From the NCBI RefSeq assembly GCF_006345805.1, contig NW_021832296.1:1-31387 (forward strand): a stretch of DNA of 31,387 bases, in the 5' to 3' direction. Under the pieces are notes generated by a model. It saw only the letters and a program-made list of their open reading frames with translations, was not told where the DNA came from and made no database searches. Positions 1-12,330 of this stretch are shown piece after piece (positions within the stretch are counted from its first letter, which is position 1; each line of letters opens with the position of its first letter). The position numbers and the translations under genes were made by a program. Origin of the DNA: Octopus sinensis (lineage: Eukaryota).

Positions 1-40
1 CTATGTATCTATCTATCTCTCTAGTTAGCTATATATTATA

Positions 41-73
<33 letters not shown>

Positions 74-99
74 ATTATATGTATGTGTGCGTGTATAAG

Positions 100-305
100 T
101 TTTTTTGTCTTTGTTGTTCCCCCCCACATCGCTTGACAACCAATGCTGGTGCGTTTACGACCCCGTACATTAGCGGTTCGGTTAATAGACCGATAGAATA
201 AGTACTAGGCTTACAAAGATAAGTCCTGGGGTCGATTTGCTCGACTAAATTGGTGTTCCAGCATGGCCACAGTCAAATGATTGAAACAAGTAAAAGAGTA
301 AAGAG
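100..305 (+). mobile_element. Family A SINE, 3' half
   Basis: Matches 12120-12330. Confidence 0.85.
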
Positions 306-335
<30 letters not shown>

Positions 336-339
<4 letters not shown>

Positions 340-1030
340 TATAATTAGGGCTTAGTAAAATAAATTACTTTGCCACATACTGAACTTAGTAGAAATAGCA
401 GCCAAAAAAAATTTTCTTAGCATTTCTACTACTTAAAGAAAATTTCTCTCAGATAATGTTTACTCCAGACAGCCCACGAAGGTTTGGAGGTAAATACAGA
501 AAAATATCACAAGTACATAGATCGTTAGAGTACGTCAACGTTTCAAGATTAGCCAAATAAAATCAGCATTTCTATCGTCAGCTCAAAATTTCTTAATTTG
601 GATTTGGAAACACTAAAAAGAAGGAACTTTACCTATCAGCGAACTTATCGCTTCAGATGAACCACTCCAACTAAACAGTGTCAACAAATTCAAAATGCGC
701 AGGCGTAATTTCTTCAATCCCTTCCCCCCACGTGGTCTATCTAGCAACACTATATTTTACCCGCGAGAACCGAGGCAGTATGACCGAGAGAAATGAATTA
801 TAATATCAACAATTGAGGGTAAAATTAATTAATAATCAATTTCACCAAGTGTTCAGTATGTAAAAGGACCATTTAAGGCGAATTCAAAATTTTACATTAT
901 ATAATTAGGGCTTAGTAAAATAAATTACTTTGCCACATTCAAAATTTTGAATTCGCCTTAAATGGTCCTTTTACATACTGAACACTTGGTGAAATTGATT
1001 AATTAATTAATTTTACCCTCATTGTTGAAT
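336..1030 (-). mobile_element. Retrozyme / pLTR-like element (HHR family 2), ~560-bp unit with terminal direct repeat and inverted tail
   Basis: 336-378 repeats at 896-938 (period 560). 806-893 and 941-1028 form an ~88-bp inverted repeat. (TA)n lies on both sides and an HHR is on the minus strand. Confidence 0.75.
525..587 (-). ncRNA. Type I hammerhead ribozyme, family 2 (imperfect stems)
   Basis: Minus strand reads TTTGAG-CTGACGA-TAGAAATGCTGATTTTATTTGGCTAATCTT-GAAAC-GTTGAC-GTA-CTCTAA. The core is intact. Stem III ACGTTGACGT is self-complementary with G-U pairs. There is a U-U mismatch in stem I and another at the base of stem II. Confidence 0.72.
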
Positions 1031-1224
1031 ATATATATATTATATATATATATAATTATATATATATATATAATATATACGCGCGCGAACACAACACACA
1101 CACACCATTGAATTGTCCGAGTTTATAGTAGAAGACAGTCCACGATGCTGCACAGTGAGACCGAAGCCAAATCCGCGTGATAACAAAGCGAGCTTCTTAA
1201 CCGCACAGCCCTATCTGTTGATGA

Positions 1225-1612
1225 GTGGAGGCGCAATGGCTCAGTGGTTAGGGCAGCGGACTCGCGGTCATAGGATCGCGGTTTCGAGTGTTTGTTGAGC
1301 GAAAACACCTAAAAAAGCTCCACGAGGCTCCGGCAGGGTATGGTGGTGATCCCTGCTGTACTCTTTCACCACAACTTTCTCTCACTCTTACTTCCTGTTT
1401 CTCTTCCTGAATTTCCTGTTTCTCTTCCTGTATTTCAAGGGGCCGGCCTTGTCACTCTCTGTGTCACGCTGAATATCCCCGAGAACTACGTTAAGGGTGC
1501 ACGTGTCTGTGGAGTGCTCAGCCACTTACACGTTAATTTCACGAGCAGGCTGTTCCGTTGATTCGGATCAACCGGAACCCTCATCGTCGTAACCGACGGA
1601 GTGCTACCATCC
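1225..1612 (+). mobile_element. tRNA-derived SINE, family C, full length
   Basis: A box TGGCTCAGTGG and B-box-like GGTTTCGA. Exact 12-bp TSD ATCTGTTGATGA at 1213-1224 and 1613-1624. Homologous to 23477-23771. Confidence 0.88.
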
Positions 1613-2063
1613 ATCTGTTGATGAATAAAAGATTCTTCTTTTAACTTAATTATTACATTTAATTATTACGGATGCTTCGCTGTTATGTTTATTACTCACG
1701 AAATAGGAAGATTTTTCGTCAACGAACTTTGTTGCCTTTGTTCTGCTAACTCTTTCATTTAATCGAAACACATATCAAAAGCTTAGCTTCTGGTTGAAAA
1801 TAAAAATGCAAATATAAATGGAAACAACTTTGCAAGCGGGATCAAAATGGAGGACGGACGTGGTAAATACCACGTCGCTTTTAGGGCATTTTATTCATAC
1901 ATACATACATACGTACATACATTCATACACACGTGACGAGAACATGCCATGATTATTCTGTTATTAAATTATATTTAAATGATTTGTAATATTCAAATTT
2001 AACATGCATGATAAATAATGTAAAATTAAAAATGCTGCTTGTAATACTATTTTATTTTCATTA

Positions 2064-2078
2064 ATGTCATTATTATTA

Positions 2079-2134
<56 letters not shown>

Positions 2135-2151
2135 TTTATTATCATCATCAC

Positions 2152-2197
<46 letters not shown>

Positions 2198-2321
2198 GTT
2201 GTTGTTGTTGTTGTTATTATTATTTATTAATATTATTATTATTATTATCATCATCATCATCATCATCATTATTATTATTATTATTATTATTGTTGTTGTT
2301 GTTGTTGTTGTTATTTATTAC

Positions 2322-2360
<39 letters not shown>

Positions 2361-2412
2361 TACTACTACTACTACTACATTATTATTATTATTGCTATCA
2401 TCATCATCATCA

Positions 2413-2447
<35 letters not shown>

Positions 2448-2515
2448 GTTATTATCATCATCACCATTATTGTTATTGTTATTATTGTTATTAATAGTAT
2501 TGTTATTATTGATTT
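2064..2515. repeat. Compound trinucleotide microsatellite (TTA/TTG/TCA/CTA)n
   Basis: Read directly from sequence. Confidence 0.95.
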
Positions 2516-3351
2516 TGTTGCTGTTATGTTACAGATGTGGCCAATAAATAAATAGCAAATCTCTGGAGTATCTTGAATAGAATTTTCCCGTCCGAACTCT
2601 GTTGATTTAGTGTGTTGATTTTAAAAAAAGCAAACGTGAATCTTTAATATGATTTAGAAATTTGTATATATTTAAAAACCCTTTAAAACTGTTTAATAAG
2701 ATGTATTTTTCCCAAATGAAACGGAAAAATGTTTTGAAAATTCTTCTCTACGGCAAGTATAAACCAAATTCAAAATGGCTTCCTTTGTTTCCCTCTCCAG
2801 CGGCCATCATTGTTGCATGCGTTTGTTTGTATGTATGTGTCCACGTATGGTTGCGTGTGTAATTGTCTAAATGTGTTTGTATGCGTTTTGTTTGCGTTTA
2901 TATGTATAAATTATTTTGTGGGTGTATATGTATCTACGTCTATATGTATGTGTTCATGTGTGTGTTTGTGGAGGCAAGGGAATTTCTGTATCTGACTTCT
3001 TCGCCTCTTCACATATAACACTCTCTCTCTCTCTCTCGCTGTACTATTCCTTCCTCTCGTCTCTCTCTCTTCTGCTTTCCCGTTCTGTATCTTTGTCGTT
3101 CTCTATCTTTAGCTCTCTTGCTTGTCTTTCTCTTTCTCATTTCTTTTTGTCTCTAAAACAACGAGGTTCTTTGAAACACTTGACATCTCTCACTTGCAGT
3201 CTTTTCTTCATATTTTGTCATGAGAAAGAAACCCTTCTCAGTTTAGCCTGTCCCCCACCACCATGATGACGAAGTGGCTTTAAGAATGGCCTCGTTGCGA
3301 TGAATGAGAACTAATACAGGTTATTTACACAAAACTAAACATCCAAATAAG

Positions 3352-3680
3352 CGATAGTGGCCTTGTGGTAAGAAGCTCGCTTCCCAACCACATGGCTAGG
3401 TGTTCAGTTCCACTGCGTGGTACACTGGGCAAGCTTCGAATCGACCAAAGCTTCGTGAGAAGACTTTGTAGAAGGAAACTGAAAGAAACAGGTCGTATAT
3501 GTATGTGTATATATTGTATGTATGTGTGTGTATGTGTCTTTGTTTGACCCCCCACCACTTGACAACCGGTGTTGGTGTGTTTACGTTCCTGTAACTTAGT
3601 GGTTCAGCAAAAAGAAATATAGAATAAATACCAGGCTAAAAAAAATTGATTAAAAATATTGGGCTCGATTCATTTGCTAG
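3352..3680 (+). mobile_element. Family A SINE, diverged
   Basis: Head, internal microsatellite and 3' half are all recognisable. Confidence 0.75.
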
Positions 3681-4008
3681 TTAGAGAATTTTAACGACAA
3701 CTTCGTTACACGCAGAGACTGTACGAGGCTATTCGATATGAAAGGGGCGCAAAGGTCTGGTAAACCTGCTCAGGCGTTTCCTGGCAAACCTGCTCTGACA
3801 AGTATAGAGTAGATTTCCTGAATGTGCCATTGTGAACATGGAATAACCGCATTGGGACATATACATCGTACCTAGATTGAATATTCTGTAGACCAGGCCA
3901 TAAAGATAGCACAGGTTGTCTATATTTTAAAATGGTCGGTTACATAGACAATAAATTTGTGATCTGTATGGTCGACGCAGATAGGTTTCATAGGCAGTAG
4001 TAGTAGTA

Positions 4009-4058
<50 letters not shown>

Positions 4059-4072
4059 GATGATGATGATGA

Positions 4073-4125
<53 letters not shown>

Positions 4126-4144
4126 AATAATAATAATAATAGTA

Positions 4145-4694
4145 TTCATGGGCGGCCTGAAGCTATTCACAAAACCTGAGGCAAAACTGGACAGACAAGT
4201 CCAGTCAATGCAGATTTTCTCCTATGATATTAAGATGGAGTTTGGACTCTCAGAATGTGCTACGATGTTGATGAGATGAAGAAAGCTTGCCTGCATAGAA
4301 GGCATATGGTTACCAAGTGGTGAAATGATGAAGGCAATTCAACCTCAATCCAGCTCTTGCATACCTGCGAATATTTGAGGCAGATGGAATCAAACACAAT
4401 GACATGAAAAAAAGAAAACGACAAAAATAGAGTACCTGCGGCGAGTGAGAAAAATATTGGCTTCAAAGCTAAATGGCGGTTGGTGTAGTTTCTTTGTAAA
4501 GTAGATTCATTAAATGGATTCATTGCAAAACTTTCTTATCTTTATTTTGAAGAGCTTCACCAGTGGACTTTTAGATGTTGGCTGTGTCGCTATTACCATG
4601 CCTAACATCGAACAAAAGCATTAACAGATACATCGACAACTCATATGTGTGAGTGAGTGCGTGCATGTGTGTGTATGTGTATACATGCATTATT

Positions 4695-4768
<74 letters not shown>

Positions 4769-5457
4769 ATTTATCTATATATATATATATATACACATAC
4801 AACACACACCATGTATATTATACATATATACATGTGTAATATAATGTATATGTTTGTGTATATGTAAACATGTCTATGTTTCGGCCATGTCTATGTTTCG
4901 GCCATGTCTATGTTTAGGCCATGTCTATGTTTCGGCCATAAACTCGTGCGCAGTCGCAGTAGTTCGGTATGGGGATGGAATCCTGAATTGGTAGAGGAGG
5001 AACTAAAAATGGACAGGAAGTCAAGAAAGCTTCTAACGATGCATGGAGCCCATCATCCACGTGTAGACACCGATCGCCTATAAATGAAGAAAGAAAATGG
5101 AGGGAGAGGACTGATAAGTGTGGAAGACTGCGTGCGTATCGAACTCGAGAGCTTAATGAGATATATAGCCCAAAGTAAGGAAACCTTGTTAGTGACAGTT
5201 ATGAACGAGAGAGTATAATATAAAATCAGGGAAGAAAAGAAAAAGTGCTAAAAAGGCATGAAGAAGAATTACGTAAAAAGGAAATACATAATCAGTTCCA
5301 TGCAGCCACTACAGAAGTTGGTGGAAAAAGTAGATGGGATTGGCTGATGAAAGGAACATTAAAAGAAGAGACCAAGAGCACTATACTGGCAGCGCAAGAC
5401 CAAACTTTGGCCACTAACTGATGGGTCAACCTTAGGAATGAGCAAGTGTCTCCGACT
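4145..5457 (+). pseudogene. Decayed R4/Dong-like non-LTR retrotransposon RT fragment, interrupted at about 4490-4866
   Basis: Translation gives FMGGLKLF (FMDDLKL-like), FSYDIKMEFGLSECA, EYLRRVRKILASKLNGG, then AINSCAVAVVRYG, DRKSRKLLTMHGAHHP, GGRGLISVEDCV and ETKSTILAAQDQTL, with stops and frameshifts. Confidence 0.8.
4869..4936 (+). repeat. 17-bp minisatellite x4
   Basis: (CATGTCTATGTTTCGGC)4 with one substitution, at the point where the R4-like ORF resumes. Confidence 0.9.
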
Positions 5458-5477
5458 GGCATTTCCGGGGAGGGGAC

Positions 5478-5690
5478 TAGTCGATTACATCGACCACAGT
5501 GTCTCACTGGTACTTAATTTATCGAGTTTAAATCCCGCCGAGGTCGACTTTGCTTTTCATTCTTTCGGGGGATCGACAAATTAAGTACCAGTTAAGCGCT
5601 GTGGTCGACGTAATCGACTCAACCCTCCTCCACCCCCCCCCCCGAACTTGGTGGCTTTGTGCCAAAATTTGAAACCATTTTCGTTGTATG
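5478..5690 (+). mobile_element. SINE family B fragment with inverted 5' segment
   Basis: About 5479-5524 is the reverse complement of about 5570-5620. Confidence 0.65.
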
Positions 5691-5744
5691 CCGTATATAT
5701 TTCCTTTCTTTTGTTATTTATTTATTAATTTCTTTTATCATTTC

Positions 5745-6540
5745 ATTCAATGCTATAAAGAACCAAATTGATCTCAACAATAGTGAGAAAAACCGGTTGA
5801 AAGTACCAACTAGAGATTTCATTACCTTCGTGCGCTTAGGTCAGCAGATCCGTTTCAAGAAGAAGAACAAAAAACTTCCTGTGAGAGATAAAAAGTGGAA
5901 CGGCTATTGGGAGGTGACTGCAGATTTACCAGGGTGCCAGGGACTCTTTCCCATCCCAGTTATGTAAAAACCGGACATTTTAATGTTGTGTGAAGGAATG
6001 AAAGTTGTAACTCGAGTTGAGTTAACGGTTCCCCATGAAGATAACATGGACGCCGCTCGGGCTTGAAAGATTAACCGTTATGTAATCCTCCTTGAGGAAT
6101 GTGATGACGTAGGGTGGAATCGGATGTAGAGGGTTTGTTGGACACAGTGTGAAACGACTGTTGTTATCGTTAGGCCTAACTCATCGTAAGGTGAATACCA
6201 CCATGGCCGATATCCAAACTACAGTGGAGAAGGCTAGCCACTGGATTTGGTTAAAAAGAGACGATGGAGCTTTATTTAATAAGCAGTTGATCTAGCAAGC
6301 GGGGTCTCATATCTGTGAGTGGGGCTGGTGCGCATTGATGCCGTCGAGAGGTAGGCTCCGAAACGGCGCGCATTCTCTCCCGATGACCCCATATACTTGC
6401 TGGCTTCCGGTATGCAGAGTTCTCGACTGGTAGCACTTGCATGTCCAAATTGCTTGCAAGACATCTAAACGCCCGCATTTCGTGCTGTCTTTGTATTGTT
6501 CCCCTCGTCCTTCGCCCTGGTGGCAAATAAAGGAAATCAA
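5745..6540 (+). pseudogene. 3' end of a HERO-like non-LTR element (restriction-like endonuclease domain and 3' UTR)
   Basis: Translation gives WEVTADLPG, KPDILML, VELTVPHEDN, KINRY, RGFVGHS and EKASHWIWLKR, with stops and a frameshift. The last frame stops at 6295. The ~245-bp 3' UTR abuts (TTC)n. Confidence 0.75.
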
Positions 6541-6599
6541 TTCTTCTTCTTCTTCTTCTTCTTCTTCTTCTTCTTCTTCTTCTTCTTCTTCTTCTTCTT

Positions 6600-6632
<33 letters not shown>

Positions 6633-6646
6633 ATTATTATTATTAC

Positions 6647-6677
<31 letters not shown>

Positions 6678-6690
6678 ATTATTATTATTA
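6541..6690. repeat. (TTC)n followed by (TTA)n
   Basis: Read directly from sequence. Confidence 0.95.
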
Positions 6691-6692
6691 AT

Positions 6693-6906
6693 GCGGCGAG
6701 CTGGCAGAAACGTTAGCACGCCGGGCGAAATGCTTTGTGGTATTTCGTCTGCCGCTGCGTTCTGAATTCAAATTCCGCCGAGGTCAACTTTGCCTTTCAT
6801 CCTTTCGGGGTCGATAATTTAAGTACCAGTTGCGTACTGGGGTCGATCTAATCGACTGTCCCCCTCCCCCAAAATTTCGGGCCTTGTGCCTAGAGCAGAA
6901 AATATT

Positions 6907-6908
<2 letters not shown>
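6693..6908 (+). mobile_element. SINE family B
   Basis: Head GGCGAGCTGGCAGAAAC and B-box-like GAATTCAAATTCC. Shared with 20920 and 29458. Confidence 0.8.
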
Positions 6909-6941
<33 letters not shown>

Positions 6942-6942
<1 letters not shown>

Positions 6943-7165
6943 GTTTTCTACAATAGGCACAAGGCCTGAAATTTTGGGGGGGACAATGTTCAAAATATGT
7001 TTTCTACAATAGGACAAGGCCTGAAATTTTGGGGGGTCATGTTCAAAATAATGTTTTCTACAATAGGCACAAGGCCTGAATTTTTGGGGGACAAGCCTAT
7101 TGTAGAAAACATTATTTTGAACATTGTCCCCCAAAATTTCAGGCCTGTGCCTATTGTAGAAAACA
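6942..7165. repeat. ~56-bp unit tandem repeat (about 2.7 copies) followed by an inverted copy, within (TTA)n
   Basis: Unit TGTTTTCTACAATAGGCACAAGGCCTGAAATTTTGGGGGGACAATGTTCAAAATA. Inverted part at 7095-7165. Resembles the family B SINE tail. Confidence 0.8.
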
Positions 7166-7189
7166 TTATTATTATTATTATTATTATTA

Positions 7190-7235
<46 letters not shown>

Positions 7236-7599
7236 TCTTTAACCAACTAAGTAGGCTATAGTTTAATGTTAGAAAGACCGATAAGTCTAATCATAAATGT
7301 TGTTTGTTATAGACGCTCAATTTGTTTCTTGTGATTTTAGTCACGTCGGTCGGGTTACGAAACTGACCGCTAGGTTTCGTTATAGCCGCTCTGATGACAA
7401 TAACTATCTTTGTTGTCGTTGACTTCGTCAGCGATTGTATAGCAGCGCTGGTGGTAAGATTGGTAATTTGTGCTTGCAAATGGCGACTATGGTAAAGACG
7501 ATGTTGCTGATGATTATGATTATGATTGAGGTGGGGGGGTGGGGGGTGGGGGTGGTCAATAAAAAACATCTATGACAGTTGTGTTGGTAATAATAGTCC

Positions 7600-7855
7600 T
7601 ATTGACGATTATGATTATGGTGATGATTACCATCACGTGGTGTACAATGATAACGATAAAGATGATGATAATAATGATGTTGACTATGATGATGATGATG
7701 ATGATGATGACGATGATGATGATGATGATGATGATGATGTGATGATGATGATGATGATGATGTTGGTGATGATGCTGTTGATGATACTGATGATGATTGT
7801 GAAGGTGGTGTTGGTGATGATGATGTGGGTGATGGTGATGATAATGATGATGATC
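7600..7855. repeat. (GAT)n-rich microsatellite
   Basis: Read directly from sequence. Confidence 0.9.
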
Positions 7856-9059
7856 GGACGCAAGCGACTCTCCTGCCATGCCGAAGGGTCAGGGTGTATC
7901 GATCAGTCACAGATGTTTATGACAAGTGTGAAATAACTTTTGACAAATGTAGTCCATTCGCTCCAAACACGATAATTGGTAGCCATGGTTACGTGCCAGC
8001 ACCACAACTAACTTCCTCTTCTTTCTCTTCCTCATCTCCCCCCCCCATTCTTCGTTTTCTCCTCGTCATCACTACCACAACAGAAAAAAATAAGTAACAT
8101 AAAAAAGATCACCAGTACTATCACCTTCACAACCTCTGTCACAACAATAACAACCACAATAACAAAATACTACACAGCAACAGCCAGCACCATTAGCGCC
8201 GTAAAATATACTACAAAACTTATTCCCGCTACTACAATAATAAACGTGAAAGTCTGTCCGTCCGTCTGACCGGGGCACCTGTGCCTCAGTCTATATTTGC
8301 TCCACATAGACATATTATAACAATTTGGAAACAGGATGATTCCGGGATTGGAAATCTGCCCTTCATTTGGTTCTCGAATATCCACGATTGAGATGAGGTT
8401 TGGATGAGGATTTTTTTATATGCTAACAGTTGAAAATTCAAATTTTAAAAGTATTCCAAAAATTTGTGAACTCACAAGTTTTTCATTTAAACTGAATTTA
8501 AAAGAATACCATATTGGTAAGGTACCAATAAAAGCTTTATTATTATTACTCTCTCCAGTTTTGGGCCGCAGGCTCAATTAGCCCCCACCCACGGAGGAGC
8601 TAGCTTAAAAGATCGCATGAAATGCGGATTTTAAGCTAATATAAATACTTATTCACATACAAACATACACACATACTTACATGTATACTTCTATTCATAT
8701 TTTATAGTTCTTTATAACAAAGAAACAAAGCGTTAAGTGTTTTATGCTGAACTTGGGAAAAGTCTTGCCTATTTTTGGTGTTCCGCTTACATGTTGCATC
8801 TATAAAGTATTTGTTAGCCAATATCTTCCTTTGCTGGAAAATCCCAACTTTTCCAGATTATTTCTTAGTAACATCTTATAACATTCCGTAATAAAACCAA
8901 GTACACCAGTTATTATTGATACAATTGTAATCAGAGTTTGTTATCTGGGTTGACGATCCACAGTTTCCAAAACAGATATATTCACAGATGCCTGAAAATG
9001 ACTTTTCTTTCCTGTTCCAGTTGAAGATATCGATAAACGTAAACGATAAACGTCGCCAT

Positions 9060-9357
9060 TTTCAAGCCCAGCCAGGCTCATGGGCCCGGTTTCCCGGTTT
9101 CTGTGGCATATGCGTTCCCCCCAGCTGGACGGGACGCCAGTCCATCGCAGAGTTACTCAAGAAACAGGAAGAGAGAGTGTGTGAAAGTTGTGGCGAAAGA
9201 GGAAAAACAGGGGTCGCCAGCACCCCATGCCGGAGTCTCGTGCAGCTTTTAGTTGTTTTTTATCAATAAACACACACAACGCCCGGTCTGGGAATCGAAA
9301 CTGCGATCCTCCGACCGCGAGTCCGCTGCCCTAACCACTGGGCCATTGCGCCTCCAC
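9060..9357 (-). mobile_element. tRNA-derived SINE, family C head with alternative tail
   Basis: Head matches 1225 onward. Tail matches 30320-30420. Confidence 0.8.
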
Positions 9358-9659
9358 GTAAAGATATCAGGCCTGTTATATATGCAGTTGGTAGGAGTTT
9401 TCATAAAAATGCTCCAATAATATTCCTTGTGTCAATTTGTATATCTTTCAGTAAAAAAGAGGTGTTTATATTTATCCCAAAGCAATCCTTTCTGCAGAGA
9501 TGGTATTGTAGATTGCTTTAGCAACAACATAATGTCACAAAAATTGAAACCAATATTATCTTCATCCTGAAATTTCCACTAGTGTTATAATTTCATTAGC
9601 ATTCCTGTGAGTTAACGACTTAGCGGTTCGGCAAATAAGTTCCAGGCTTTACAAAAAAG

Positions 9660-9700
<41 letters not shown>

Positions 9701-9708
<8 letters not shown>

Positions 9709-9925
9709 GAGGGAATTACTATACATAAATGCTACACGGTGGGGGGGACTCTTAGACTTCAAGAGTCCCTCCTAGGCTGCGGCATTTATATATAGTAATG
9801 CCCTCTATATAATATAAATAAATATATTTAAGTGAAAAAATTGGTGGATTATTTTCTCTTATGAGGTTTTTCACGCTAACTACTTGATAAATTCTTATAA
9901 AGATTTTATCTTATTTTTTAATTAT
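9701..9925 (+). mobile_element. TA-embedded element with 32-bp inverted arm and AT-rich tail
   Basis: 9701-9732 and 9782-9813 are inverted (30/32 match). Inner hairpin GGGACTCTT/AAGAGTCCC at 9745-9769. The GCCCTCTATATAAT junction resembles family 2 GCCCTAATTATATAAT. (TA)n on both sides. Confidence 0.45.
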
Positions 9926-10215
9926 ATATATATATAATACATAGTATTGGATTCGATTCGTTCTTTTAGAATTTTTCAAGTCGGTACTCCAGCATGGTCA
10001 CAGCCTAATGACTGAAACAACTGAAATATTGTTTCTGGATGAGTCATTACGTTCTGAGTTCAAATCCTGCTGAGGTCATCATTGCCTTATTAAGCGAAGT
10101 ACAAGTCAACTACCAGGATTGATGTAATCGCCTAACCCCTGCTCTGAAATTTCATGCCTCGTGCCTATATCATAGAGATAATATTAAGGGCGTTGAACTA
10201 GCAGTATGGTTAGAG

Positions 10216-10559
10216 CAAGGGTTCTCAACCATTTTTTATCCATGGACCCCTTTCATTACTATTTTATTCTGGTGGGTCCCAATTCAATGTTTAAAATCTA
10301 GTTTTATAGAAACTTCTTCCAAAGTTCCTATTTTGTTTTTCACACATTCACTCGTGTAGGTTGAACTATGCAAAATCTAAGAAAAAGAAACCCATCTGTT
10401 TCTTGCAATACATAACCAATACATACAACTAAAGCAAATTTTTTTCAGGGTCTCTTAAAACATCATTGTGGACCACCAATTTACTATATCATTGCAGGGA
10501 CCCCACAAAATCTTATACGGACCCTCAGGGGCCATATGGACCCCAGTTGATAACCAGTG
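10216..10559. mobile_element. hAT (Charlie/SPIN-like) non-autonomous MITE
   Basis: Imperfect TIRs CAAGGGTTCTCAAC / GTTGATAACCAGTG. 8-bp TSD GGTTAGAG (10208-15) vs CGTTAGAG (10560-67). Nested in a decayed SINE. Confidence 0.8.
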
Positions 10560-11886
10560 CGTTAGAGTATTGGACAAAACACTCTACAGAAAATATTCTG
10601 GTTCTATACACACTAGGTTCAAATCCCACGAGAGTTAACTGTGCTTGTAAAGTATCAGGAAAGTGCCGGGATCTGTAAAATCAACTGATTCTTTTGATTA
10701 GAAATTTCGGGGCTTTGTGGCTAGGCTAACCGTTTGGGGTGATGGTTTGGTAACATTTTTAGAGTGTTGGAGAAAATGACTTCTGTATTTTTGCTCGGGT
10801 CTTTACGTTCTGAGTTCAAATCTTGCTAAGGACAACTTTGATTTCCATCATTTGGGAGTCAATAAAAATAGAGTAACAATCGAGAACTAGAGTCTATAGC
10901 AGGCACGGGCGATCATTTTCCAGAAGCAGGCCGAATGAAATATGGCTCATCATTTGGTGGGGCGCAGTGCTAAAACATTCAAAGTAATATTTCTTTAGGC
11001 GTGCAATCCAGAAGGTACCCCACGCTTTAGAATTGCTGGCCTGGTGCCCAATTTGAAAGCGAGGATGGTAGATTGGCGACATCGTAAAGAGGTTGCTCAA
11101 AATACCTTGCGGTATTTAAACTACAGCCCTTTACGCTCTGGGTTCAAATTCCACTGATGTCAACTTTGCCTTTCATCATTTTCGGGGTTCATAAACTAAA
11201 TACCAGTTGAGCACAGGGACCCTTGAAATCGATTTCCCCCATCCTTAAAATGGCACTCCTTGTACCTAAAGCAGAAAAGTGTATTATTACTGTCATTATT
11301 CGTGTCATACAGACACACAAACACACATACAAACACAAGCGCGCACATACACACGTACACACACATTCATTTTCACTTCCCTACAATTATCTTTGTAACG
11401 TTTTTATTAGTTAACCAATATTGTTTTAGCGATCATGTTTTTTGTTTTTTTTACTTATTTTTATTAATTTTCCTTCTCCAATCCACATCAAACAATGAAT
11501 TCGAAAAGGTCAACAACCCGTTTTGATATTCATGAACCGCACTTAATTTACTCCAGCTTAATTAACAGTAATCTTCCACCATTTGAAAGAATTTTTAATT
11601 GAACCACTTAACTCGTATTAATTACCAGCCACACCAACCAATCATTAAATGATTAATTGTTGAAGGAAATCTCCCCTCGCCATATTTGTAAATATTTCCA
11701 CAAACCAAACCTACATTAACACCATAATAAAAAGAACAAGACGAGGTAATCTTAGCATAAAGACTCACTGTCCTTATAATGCTTTGCCACCTTAATTCCC
11801 GAATATCTCACCTACCAACCTAATTAAAGTACACCGGACTACTACACACTATTAAGTGTCCCAAATTCTTAGTCATCATTAATAAT

Positions 11887-12055
11887 GCGTAGGAGTGGCT
11901 GTGTGGTAAGTAGCTTGCTTACCAACCACATGGTTCCGGGTTCAGTCCCACTGCGTGGTACCTTGGGCAAGTGTCTTCTACTATAACCTCGGGCCCACCA
12001 AAGCCTTATGAGTGGATTTGGTAGACGAAACTGAAAGAAGCTCGTCGTATATACG

Positions 12056-12091
<36 letters not shown>

Positions 12092-12330
12092 ATATATATG
12101 AATATGTGTGTATATGTTTGTGTGTCTGTGTTTTCATCCCAACATCGCTTGACAACCAATGCTGGTTTGTTTACGTCCCCATAACTTAGCGGTTCGGCAA
12201 AAGAGCCCGATAGAACAAGTGCTAGGCTTACAAAGAATAAGTCCTGGGATCGATTTGCTCGACTAAAGGCGGTGCTCCAGCATGGCCACAGTCAAATGAC
12301 TGAAACAAGTAAAAGAGAGAGTAAAAGAGT
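11887..12330 (+). mobile_element. tRNA-derived SINE, family A, with CORE-like segment and internal (TA)n
   Basis: Head TGGCTGTGTGG...GGTTCAGTCCC; CCTTGGGCAAGTGTCTT segment; internal microsatellite at about 12050-12125; tail ends (TAAAAGAG)n. Confidence 0.88.

Noticed and set aside
3706-3912. 68-aa minus-strand ORF with protein-like composition
   Set aside because: No recognisable homology or convincing splice sites.
7340-7432. CTGATGA on plus and CTGACGA...GAAAC..GTC on minus as a possible hammerhead
   Set aside because: No stem I or stem II closure. The two motifs simply pair with each other as a hairpin.
10889-11060. CAGGCACGGGCGA start after GTCTATAG suggesting another hAT element
   Set aside because: No matching 3' TIR or second TSD found.
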